This document shows, piece after piece, positions 55,110 to 64,000 of a stretch of 64,000 nt of DNA. Every line of letters starts with the position of its first letter. Position 1 is the stretch's first letter. Under the pieces are notes generated by a model. It saw only the letters and a program-made list of their open reading frames with translations, was not told the DNA's origin and did not search any database. A program made the translations under genes and the position numbers. The DNA comes from an uncultured Methanoregulaceae archaeon (GTDB lineage: Archaea; Halobacteriota; Methanomicrobia; Methanomicrobiales; Methanospirillaceae), in NCBI GenBank assembly GCA_963737635.1, contig CAVTTL010000001.1, positions 896,001 to 960,000 on the forward strand. Reading direction: 5' to 3'.

Positions 55110-55710
55110 ATGGTTTCAAAGGTCATCGGCCTCCTTGGCAGTCCTCTCCCCGAAGGCAACACGGCACAGCTGCTGGCGCGGGCTGTGCAGGGTGCCAAGG
55201 ACGCCGGCTGTACCTGTGGAACTCATCCCGGTGACCGGCCTGGATTTCCAAGGCTGCCAGGAAATGTTTTTTTGTCGGGATCACGAGACCTGCATTCTCG
55301 ACGATGCTATGCAGCAGATCTACCCGAAATTCGTAGATATGGACGGCCTGATTCTTGCAACCCCTGTAATGACAATGGGTATTCCCGGTACCCTCAAATC
55401 GTTTATGGACCGGTTCCAGGTCTTTTTCATGGCTAAGTATCAGCGGAACCAATCCCTCGTCTCCCCGGAACGAAAGGAGACGCGTGCTGGCCTTTTTATC
55501 TGCATCTCCGGCATGGACATCCCGGAAGTGTTCGTCGGCGCAAAACTAACAATACGGGCGTTCTTTGATATAATTGATTGTAAGTACCGGGACGAGCTGT
55601 TTATCAACGGTATGGACCGCATCAGGGATATCACGACACAACCGGATCTTCTCGAGTCGGCGTACAAAAAGGGATTTGCCCTTGGGAAATCACTTACTGC
55701 GCGTGAATAA
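55110..55710 (+). CDS. Iron-sulfur flavoprotein (Isf)/flavodoxin family; apparent frameshift near 55214
   Basis: GSPLPEGNT, then GCQEMFFCRDHETC, TPVM, KSFMDR. Confidence 0.83.
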
Positions 55711-55721
55711 TCCCCAAGAGA

Positions 55722-56384
55722 TCAGACCAGTCCTTTTTCTTTCATGCTGGAGAAGCCGGCCCGTGTGACGATGAGATGGTCGAGGAGCTGGATGCCGAGC
55801 AGAGCTCCAGCCTCATTGAGCTGCTGGGTGATGGCGATGTCCTGGGGGCTTGCTTCGAGGGTTCCTGAAGGATGGTTGTGCACACAGATGACTGATGCCG
55901 CCCGATCGGTAATTGGCCCGGCAAATACTTCCCGGGGATGGACAAGGCTGTGGTTGAGGATTCCAATAGTAACAACACGACTGCGGATCACTTCACCGGC
56001 TCCGGTCAGCGAGATGCAGATAAAATGCTCCTGCGGTTTTTCCCGGTAGGAACTCACCAGCGGCAGCACATCCTCCGGTTTCTGGATTTTTACCGTTCCG
56101 GTAGGTTCGTACCTCCGGCGCCCGAGTTCGAGGCAGGCCATGATCTGGGCCGCTTTTGTCGGTCCGGTACCTCCGATAGCAAGGAGCTCTTCATACCGGA
56201 TCTGCCGGAAAGGATCCTCAAGCATCGAGGCAATGTCGCGGGCAATTACCCTGACGTCCCGGTTTTGCACGCCTCTCCCAATGATTGCTTCGATAAGCTC
56301 CGTGGTGGTGAGTGCACGTACACCTTTTTTTGCGATTTTTTCTCTCGGGCGGTCATATTCAGGGACATCTTTCATCTTTTTCAT
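55722..56384 (-). CDS. radC: RadC / JAB-domain protein
   Basis: RPREK, HhH GTGPTKA, VHPREVF, HNHPSG, S..D, LLDHLIV. Confidence 0.92.
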   Translation of the reverse strand: MKKMKDVPEYDRPREKIAKKGVRALTTTELIEAIIGRGVQNRDVRVIARDIASMLEDPFRQIRYEELLAIGGTGPTKAAQIMACLELGRRRYEPTGTVKIQKPEDVLPLVSSYREKPQEHFICISLTGAGEVIRSRVVTIGILNHSLVHPREVFAGPITDRAASVICVHNHPSGTLEASPQDIAITQQLNEAGALLGIQLLDHLIVTRAGFSSMKEKGLV

Positions 56385-56564
56385 GGTACAACCCGGCCGG
56401 GTAAAAAGATCTATGAGCCTGCACTTTTTCACTCATGTGTATGTGTGGTGTTCCAAAATCTATAACCTCTTTTATAGTTCTTTCAGCAAGTTCCGGGTTC
56501 TCGTCGGCGTCTGGCTGTGCAGCATAAAGAATCTTTAAGTAAAAATCAAACTATACGTTCCCTT

Positions 56565-57068
56565 ATGACAACCCAGAAGAATGCAATGGACGCATTTGCC
56601 GGAGAATCCCAGGCCAACAGGAAATACCTCGCGTTTTCTGAAAAAGCTGCTGCCGAAGGATTTACTAACATCGCCACACTTTACAAGGCGGCATCAGAGG
56701 CCGAGGCAATTCATGCGGCGAAGCTCTTGAAAGTTCTGGGTGCAGTTAATGTGACCGAGAAGAACCTTGAAGGGAGTATAGAAGGGGAGACGCATGAGTA
56801 CACCTCCATGTATCCCGGATTTATTAGGGAGGCTGAGGTGGAGAAGAAGAGTGATGCAGTGCTTGCGTTCAGCCAGGCTATGAAGGCAGAAGAAGTCCAT
56901 GCAGGACTGTACAAAAAAGCGCTTGCTGCCCTTAAAGCCGGTCACGATCTCGAGCGGGAAAAGATTTTCCTCTGTCCAGTCTGTGGCAATATCGAGATCG
57001 GAAAAGCTCCTGATAAGTGCCCGATTTGCGGGGTATTCGGGAAACAGTTCCGTGAAATTACGTTCTGA
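56565..57068 (+). CDS. rbr: Rubrerythrin
   Basis: AFAGESQANRKY, EAIHA, GETHE..MYP, EEVH, C-terminal CPVCG..CPICG. Confidence 0.93.
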   Translation: MTTQKNAMDAFAGESQANRKYLAFSEKAAAEGFTNIATLYKAASEAEAIHAAKLLKVLGAVNVTEKNLEGSIEGETHEYTSMYPGFIREAEVEKKSDAVLAFSQAMKAEEVHAGLYKKALAALKAGHDLEREKIFLCPVCGNIEIGKAPDKCPICGVFGKQFREITF

Positions 57069-57110
57069 TCCTTTTTTAGCGCCTGCCGACTTTTAGTCCT
57101 GACAAAGAAG

Positions 57111-58391
57111 TTATTTTTTTGTGCGTCGCATGTGGGCCCAGACGATAACTACAATAAGAGCGATCAACGTTACCCACGAAGCTGAATAAAACACGATGAT
57201 CGGGTATTCAAGAATTGCTTTAGGCAGGGAAGACGCCGGATTCTCTTGTACTGCGCTGCAGGCAAAGGTAATAATCGTGCTTGCGGGGAACCGGCCCGGG
57301 CCGCCAAAATAGTGAACGAACACGGTGGCATTTCCGGACGCAATGGTCCCGGTTGCCGGAGCGTTATACGGGACCGGGAACGCGACAACACGTGTGAGCC
57401 GGGTATTCTGGTCTTTGAGCTCCACATACCATTCATCAGCATATACGTCGGGATAGGCATCCGCGGCACCCACCGTCAGCTGGGAACCGGGTGGAACTGC
57501 CACATGCCAGGTCCCCTGCTCGCTCTGGTTTGAAAAAGTCAACCTCTCAGTGGCCGTATCTCCGGTACCCAGCATGAGCGAGCCCGAGGTGAGAAATATC
57601 GGTGGAGTTCCGGTGGGAAGCGACAAAATGTCGGTACCGGCGGCAGCGGTACACTGGTACCGGTCATCCATCTCCTCCCCGTACGAAAGTGCCCTGTTGT
57701 AAATCCTAACTTCGTCTATTCCTCCGGTAAGGTAATCCGGGGAATTCTGATCGGGCGATTCAGCTGATCCTGCGTTAGCGCCGAGTAGGACTGCGTTGTC
57801 ATCTGCGTACCGGATGGGGCCTGACGCATTCACCCGGTCGCGGAGAACACCGTCGAGATAAATGCTGGTGGTCTGGCCGTCATAGGTTCCGGTAACCTGG
57901 TGCCATTGAGCGGGAGCAATGTTTTCGTGAGGAATAACTACCGAAATACTTCTTGCGGGGGTGTCAAGGCCGAGTGTCCACAAGAGATCATTTCCCTCAT
58001 CGAACCCAAGCCGGTATCCCCCTCCATTATTATACGTCGATATTAGTGTCTGGGGAGTCGTGTCGTTCACGTAGAACCAGAGAGATACGGTGATGGCATC
58101 CTCCGGATGATTTGCGGATGTATAAGGTATGGATATGTAACTCCCATTTCCGGCAAGTACCAATGCTTTCACGCATCCGCTGTTATCAACCCGGTATGCG
58201 TCCCCATGGATAGTCCCGGTATTCCCCTGCCCGGATGTGTCAAATGCGAGATTGCCACTCCCTTCGTTGAATGTGAGATACACTACCGGTCCGCTTTGGG
58301 TGGATGTAGTTCCCGATGCAGCGGTTGCATACGAGGTGCCGAGCAGCAGCACAATTATGATCCCCCAGAATAGGTCACGTCCGGTATGCAT
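57111..58391 (-). CDS. Secreted LamG-like (concanavalin A fold) protein with C-terminal TM anchor
   Basis: Signal peptide, FNEGSG..A.DTSG, WHQVTGTYDG, YLDG, GGIDEVRIYNRALS, C-terminal TM and RRTKK. Confidence 0.85.
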   Translation of the reverse strand: MHTGRDLFWGIIIVLLLGTSYATAASGTTSTQSGPVVYLTFNEGSGNLAFDTSGQGNTGTIHGDAYRVDNSGCVKALVLAGNGSYISIPYTSANHPEDAITVSLWFYVNDTTPQTLISTYNNGGGYRLGFDEGNDLLWTLGLDTPARSISVVIPHENIAPAQWHQVTGTYDGQTTSIYLDGVLRDRVNASGPIRYADDNAVLLGANAGSAESPDQNSPDYLTGGIDEVRIYNRALSYGEEMDDRYQCTAAAGTDILSLPTGTPPIFLTSGSLMLGTGDTATERLTFSNQSEQGTWHVAVPPGSQLTVGAADAYPDVYADEWYVELKDQNTRLTRVVAFPVPYNAPATGTIASGNATVFVHYFGGPGRFPASTIITFACSAVQENPASSLPKAILEYPIIVFYSASWVTLIALIVVIVWAHMRRTKK

Positions 58392-58510
58392 AATGCGGTC
58401 CTGTTCCTGAATGGGTATTAGGTTTTGCTGGAAAAGAAATTTGCGCTTAATGCCGCTTTCTTCTGAGTCTGTTGCAAATCTTTATATTTGTCGCAAACCT
58501 CTTCGCATTC

Positions 58511-59662
58511 ATGAGGACGGTCACGGTATATTCCACCAAGAACTGCCCGTACTGCCGGATGGCAAAAGCGTTTCTTGAGAAGCAGGGGATCTTGTATACC
58601 TCCATTGACGTTGGTGCCGATGCAGCTGCGGCACAGAAGATGATCGCACTTTCGGGCCAGCGTGGTGTACCCGTTATTACCGTCGACGAAGAAGTCATTG
58701 TCGGCTATGATTCTCAGCGATTGAATGAACTGTTCGGTACCCACCCATCAGACCAGATCTATGATGTTGTTATCATAGGTGCGGGTCCGGCCGGGTTGAC
58801 TGCCGGGGTATACTGCGCGCGCAAACTTTTAAAGACCCTCATCGTTTCGGAGAATATCGGCGGCCAGGCACTGGAGTCATGGGCGATCGAGAACTACATG
58901 GGCTACCGGATGGTCACCGGAGAAGACCTGATGAAAAAGTTCGAGGAGCAGGTGCGGACTCTCGATGTACGGCTGGAGCTGGATCGCGTGAGTGGGATCA
59001 TGCCGGATCAGGATCTGTTTGCGGTCTCGACGGTATCCGGGATAACCGTAAAAGCGAAAAGCCTGATCCTGACCCAGGGAAAGCAACCGAGAAAACTCGG
59101 GGTTCAGGATGAGGGAAAGTATCTCGGGCGGGGACTCTCTATCTGCTCGACATGTGACGGTCCACTCTATAAGGGTAAAAAGGTCGCCGTAGTCGGTGGG
59201 GGTAATTCGGCGTTTCAGGCAGCGATCGAGCTGAGCGGGATTGCGACAGCGGTAAGCCTGATCGTCCGCAGCACGATTAAGGCGGATCCTCTCTATGTCA
59301 AAAAGGTAGAGGGAATAAAAAATATCACGGTGCACACCCATGCGCAGATTACCGCGCTCGCCGGTGAGCCGTTCCTCCAGCGTATCACGATAAAAGCAGA
59401 AGCGCAGGGCGAGCAGAGTATCGATGTGGACGGGGTTTTTATCGAGGTCGGCTGGACGCCGAACACAGATGCACTCGAGGGGCTTGTGGCTCTTAATGAG
59501 AACAAGGAAGTCGTGGTGGACGTCGACTGCCGGACGAGCCGGCCCGGGGTTTTTGCAGCCGGGGACGTTACCTCAGTCAGAAGCAAGCAGATTATTATAG
59601 CGGCCGGAGAAGGGGCAAAAGCGGCTCTTGAGGCATACGAGTACGTGATGAAACACGGCTGA
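58511..59662 (+). CDS. Glutaredoxin-thioredoxin reductase (AhpF-like) fusion
   Basis: N-terminal CPYC and GVP, then GAGPAG, CSTCDG, GGGNSA, GVFAAGD. Confidence 0.9.
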   Translation: MRTVTVYSTKNCPYCRMAKAFLEKQGILYTSIDVGADAAAAQKMIALSGQRGVPVITVDEEVIVGYDSQRLNELFGTHPSDQIYDVVIIGAGPAGLTAGVYCARKLLKTLIVSENIGGQALESWAIENYMGYRMVTGEDLMKKFEEQVRTLDVRLELDRVSGIMPDQDLFAVSTVSGITVKAKSLILTQGKQPRKLGVQDEGKYLGRGLSICSTCDGPLYKGKKVAVVGGGNSAFQAAIELSGIATAVSLIVRSTIKADPLYVKKVEGIKNITVHTHAQITALAGEPFLQRITIKAEAQGEQSIDVDGVFIEVGWTPNTDALEGLVALNENKEVVVDVDCRTSRPGVFAAGDVTSVRSKQIIIAAGEGAKAALEAYEYVMKHG

Positions 59663-59703
59663 AACGTTTTTGTCCGGCATCATTGGTAATGGGGATATGC
59701 CTG

Positions 59704-61171
59704 TTATCCGGCTGCCGGTTTTTTATTTTGCCGGTCCTTCTCCCGGTACCCTTCCAGCAGTACAGTCATGACGTTTTTCACCGGCTTTTTGGTATGGCTT
59801 GCGATATGGTACTCGCAGAACGGGCACGAGGTAATCACGATATCGGCCCCGGTCTTTTTTATCTCTTCTCCCCGGCGCCTGCCAGAGAGCTGCCGCCTCG
59901 TCAGGCACACCTGCCTTCACGCCACCCCCAGAGCCGCAACAGATAGATGGCATCTCGACGAGGTCGACGACCTGCCGGATCAACTGACGCGGCTCGTCCT
60001 GTATGCCCTGCCCCCGGAGCAGGTGGCAGGGGTCATGGTACGTAGCTTTCAAGGAGAGCCGTGCAGGACGTTCGATACTATAGTGCGTGAGCACCTCGTT
60101 GATGTCCATGACCTTAAACGGTGTTATGTAATCATGCTTGAGAGTCGAGCCGCAGCCGGCACACATGGTCATCACGGTATCGATCCCACAGAACGCATCG
60201 ATGTTTCGTTTTTTGAGCGTATCAATGAACGCCAGCTGGCCAGTCCGAATGAGCGGTGAACCGCAGCACACCTGTTCCCTCGGGATGATTACGCGGATGC
60301 CATTCCTGCGGAGTACTTCCATGGCATCGAGCGCGGACTGCTGTTGGCGCAGATTGTACATGCAACCTACGAAGAAACCGACGGTTGCTTTTACCGGGCC
60401 GTACGGTTCGAGGACCTCAACGGTCTTTTCGAGGAACGATTCAGAGGTGCGGGGGACGCTCCTGCCGGTCTTTTCAATGAGTGCAGCGACCTCCTGGTGC
60501 CTGGGGAGTGTGAACCCCTGTTCGTTTGCGAGCGCCCGGAGTTTCTCAATCGCCTTTGCCGGGATCCTGATCTTCTTTGGGCAGACTGCGAAGCAGGCTT
60601 GGCAGCTCGTACAGGTAAAAAGGCCGTCCCTGACCGCATCTGGTACGCGATTGCCGGTGTCCCGGGGATCGAGTACAAGCCGCATATTCTGTCGCATCGC
60701 GGTAGGCCCCAGGAAACTGGTCACTTCCATGGCCGGGCAGACCGAAACACACGCCAGGCATTCAATACACTCCCGTAATGGTTTTATCTCGTCGATCTGA
60801 GCCTTTGTTGGCAGCTTTATGTCTTGACCGGGCGCCGGTGTGAGCGATGCGATCGCCTCAATTTTCGGGAGAAGGTCAACGACAAGGTCTTTTTTGACCG
60901 GGAGGTTTAACGGGGTGATCGTGATGCCGTCTGTTGCCTCCTTCATACACGCAAGAACCGGCTCGCCGTCGACCCGGACAGCACAGCTTCCACACTGCCC
61001 GGACCCGCAGCAGTACCGGTAGGAAAGCATAGGATCGATCTCGTCGTGAATTGTGTGCAGGACATGAAGGATCCGGGCTCCTTCATTAACTGGTACGGTA
61101 TAGGATTCAAGGTGGGGCCGAGGATCTTTTTTCGGGTCAAAACGCTGGATCTTCACATGAACGCTTTTCAT
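59704..61171 (-). CDS. tfrB: Thiol:fumarate reductase subunit B; apparent frameshift near 59884
   Basis: 2Fe-2S CGSGQCGSC, two 4Fe-4S motifs, two CCG domains (CCGSP, HDPCH..CCGSGG..CPFC). Confidence 0.9.
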
Positions 61172-62795
61172 GCGGGTGCCTCGTGTTTGATGATACCCTC
61201 GCGGTCCTTGGAGATGTACGTGTGCCCGTAGGGAGAGTGTTTCGCATCCCAATCCTGCACAAGGTCCAAGCGCATGTCAGCACCCCGTGATTCCGGCCGG
61301 ATAAGGGCCGAACGGCAGATGAGCACCGAAGTGAGACACATGTTCCGGACAATGCAGCATTCAGCGGGACCTGAGGAGCTGACCGCCCGGAGCGGGGCCT
61401 GAAGAAGACGTTCTGCCACGGCAAGCGCACCTCTGAGCCCGGCTTCGTCCCGGAATATACCGGCTCCCTGCCACATCGCGCACTGGAGCTCTTTTCGGAC
61501 CTGTGCCGGGTTTTCATTGCCGGAGAAGAAGCTCGAAATACACGCCTGTACCCGGGATACCTGTGCGGGATCGATCCTTTTGGTCCGTTTCTCGTTCTGC
61601 CCGGCAAACGCCCCGGCGCGTTTCCCAAAGACCTGTGTTTCGGCAAGGGCATTGCCTCCCAAGCGGTTTGCCCCTTGCACGCCGCCGGCCGTTTCTCCAC
61701 AGGCAAAGAGGCCGGGTACCGTGGTTTCGCACGTGGGGGTAATCTTCAGGCCGCCCATAATATGGTGGGCTGTCGGAGCGACTTCCATGGGCTGAGTCCG
61801 GATGTCTAGGCCAAAGGTCAAAAACTGCTCGAGCATCACCGGTAACCGGGTCTCGATCTGCTCTTTTGGGAGGTGCGTGACATCGAGATAGACCCCCCCA
61901 TGGGATGTGCCCCGGCCGTTTGCAATCTCGGTTGCAATCGCCCGGGCCACGATGTCCCGGGTCGACAGCTCCATGCGTACCGGATCGTATCGCTCCATGA
62001 AACGCTCTCCGAGAACATTTTTCAGGATGCCGCCCTCTCCACGCACCGCTTCCGTAATAAGCCGCCCCCGGGCATCGTACGGGTAGACCGCACCGGTCGG
62101 GTGAAACTGCACCATCTCCATATCGATCAGTTCAGCTCCAGCGCGGTAGCCCATGGCAAAACCGTCACCGGTGCCGCTTGAGGAGTTCGTGGACACATCG
62201 TAGACCCGGGACCCTCCTCCGGTGGCGAGGATGGTGCTGTCGGCAGTTATGAAGGTCATCTCCCCGTTTTCATCGAGGGCAATAGCACCGATCACCCTGT
62301 CGCCTTCTTTGAGCAGATCTATCACGGTGACTTCTTCCATTTTTGTGGCACCGGAAGAATCAAGACGCTCGACCAGCGTCATCATCATCTCGTGGCCGTC
62401 CGGTCCCCGGCGTAGCAGGTCCGGGGGAACCGCTGGCCGCCAAACGGGCGCTGGGCTACTTCGCTCTCCCCGGAGAAATCGAAAACCGCTCCCCACCGGA
62501 TCAGATCCTCGATGCGCTGCGGGGATTCCCGCACGAGGATCTTTACGAGATCGGGATCGTTAAGATACGCGCCTCCCCTGAGTGTATCTTCGTAATGGAT
62601 CTCGCAGGAGTCCTCCTGCCGCAGCACCGCGTTATAGCCCCCTTCGGCCATGGGGGTACATCCGCCTTTTCCCGCGATGGTTTTTGAAACGAGAACAGTC
62701 TCCCCACACCGGGCTGCCTCGATTGCCGCCCGTACGCCAGCGCCGCCGCTACCGATTACGAGTACGTGGCAATCCACCACGTCGTCTGCACGCAT
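61168..62795 (-). CDS. tfrA: Thiol:fumarate reductase flavoprotein subunit A; apparent frameshift near 62397
   Basis: GSGGAG, MAEGG, RPFGG, QFHPTG, EAVRGEGG, ELSTRD, HHIMGG, GANRLGGNAL, ESRG. Confidence 0.9.
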
Positions 62796-62854
62796 ATTAT
62801 AATTCTGTGCGTCGTATAGTTACATAAATAAATGGTACAGCCGAGTGGACCAAT

Positions 62855-64000
62855 ATGAGATTTCTGATGAAATTTGGCGGGACGTCCGTCGCTGATGCAC
62901 AGTGTATCAGGAGCGTCGTTGACATCCTCGAAGAACACCATAAAGCTGGCGATGAAATAGTGGTCGTGGTCTCCGCCCAGCGGGGCGTTACCGACCAGCT
63001 CATCGCTCTTGCGGAAAAACTCCCTGCGGCAAAAGACTGCTCTGAGGTTCCACCTCTTATCGCGCACCTGCGTGAACGGCACATGACCACACTTAAAGGG
63101 GCTGCACCGGATCACATCAGGGAGGTTGAGGAAGTCATCGAAAAGCGCCTCGCGAGCCTCCAGCACATCCTTTTTGCAATCTACAATCTCAGGGAGCTCA
63201 CCCCCCGATCAAAGGATTACGTCATTTCGTACGGAGAGCGGCTGCTTGCGCCGGTACTAGGCGCAGCCCTACGCCAGCGGGACATCCCGTCGACCGTTCT
63301 TGACGGATGCGAGGCCGGTATCCTCACTACACCCCATCATGGCGAAGCGACCGCCCTCTCCCGGAGCGATGAACGCATTAAAAAGAAGATTGGGCCTCTT
63401 CTGAAAAAGGAGATCCCGGTCATTATGGGGTTTATGGGCTGTACGGAGGACGGGATTGTCACAACTCTCGGGCGGAGCGGTTCGGATTATTCTGCGTCCA
63501 TTGTCGGCGCCGGTATCGATGCCGATGAGATTTGGATCTGGACCGATGTCGATGGGATCATGACCTCCGATCCGCGAGTGATCAACGATGCCCGGGTACT
63601 CAAAAGCGTATCGTACATCGAAGTTATGGAGCTCTCGTATTTTGGAGCAAAGGTTATGCACCCCCGGTCGATTGACCCGGCCATGAGAAAGAACATCCTT
63701 GTACGGGTGAAAAACACCTTCAATCCTTCTGCCCCGGGCACCCTGATCGTAAGGAATGGCCACCGCGACAGCCGGATCGTAAAAGCGCTCACATATATCG
63801 AGAAGGTCGCCTCGATCAATATCAACGGCGCCCAGATGATCGGAAGGCCGGGGGTAGCAAAGGCGATCTTCTCCGCACTTGCTGACCGGGAAGTGAACGT
63901 GATGATGATCTCCCAAGGCTCATCGGAAGCCAACATCTCGCTCATCGTTGACGAATCCCACCTTGACGCTGCAGTGGACGCGCTTGAATTTCTCGTAACT
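62855..64000 (+). CDS. lysC: Aspartate kinase (runs off the window)
   Basis: MRFLMKFGGTSV, VVSA, SYGERL, TTLGRSGSDYSA, WTDVDG, ELSYFGAKVMHP and an ACT domain; absent from the ORF track because it has no stop in the window. Confidence 0.93.
   Translation, partial: MRFLMKFGGTSVADAQCIRSVVDILEEHHKAGDEIVVVVSAQRGVTDQLIALAEKLPAAKDCSEVPPLIAHLRERHMTTLKGAAPDHIREVEEVIEKRLASLQHILFAIYNLRELTPRSKDYVISYGERLLAPVLGAALRQRDIPSTVLDGCEAGILTTPHHGEATALSRSDERIKKKIGPLLKKEIPVIMGFMGCTEDGIVTTLGRSGSDYSASIVGAGIDADEIWIWTDVDGIMTSDPRVINDARVLKSVSYIEVMELSYFGAKVMHPRSIDPAMRKNILVRVKNTFNPSAPGTLIVRNGHRDSRIVKALTYIEKVASININGAQMIGRPGVAKAIFSALADREVNVMMISQGSSEANISLIVDESHLDAAVDALEFLVT

Noticed and set aside
55722-56384. radC as a marker of a mobile or anti-defence island
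   Set aside because: It is the full HhH plus JAB form with no integrase, transposase or restriction genes nearby.

Overview
Core-genome segment of a hydrogenotrophic methanogen. The gene set (echA-F, tfrAB, archaeal ppcA, PolD small subunit, two cofH, archaeal ribC, many iron-sulfur flavoproteins, PAS kinases) points to Methanomicrobiales, probably Methanoregulaceae-like; the taxon is an inference. In order it holds: hppA divergent from the ech hydrogenase operon; a glycogen-type cluster; ppcA; DP1; a signal peptidase; two cofH paralogs separated by a CheB/CheR plus kinase module; an AbrB-led redox operon; thiC; purE; a rib/aminotransferase operon; trpB2; satP-acs; argC-CBS-argJ-argB; a thioredoxin/CcdA locus; an oxidative-stress-rich stretch; tfrAB; and aspartate kinase. 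About 17 apparent single-base frameshifts hit otherwise intact genes, including essential ones, so the assembly probably carries indel errors. I saw no tRNA, rRNA, CRISPR array or transposase. The best novelty candidate is a possible programmed -1 frameshift (A10-G slippery run, in-frame stop, 3' hairpin) that could yield both a free membrane-anchored thioredoxin and a Trx-Trx-CcdA fusion. Other leads are a 9-bp-periodic operator array, a TrpY-type operator, small ORFs missing from the ORF track and a MITE-like element.
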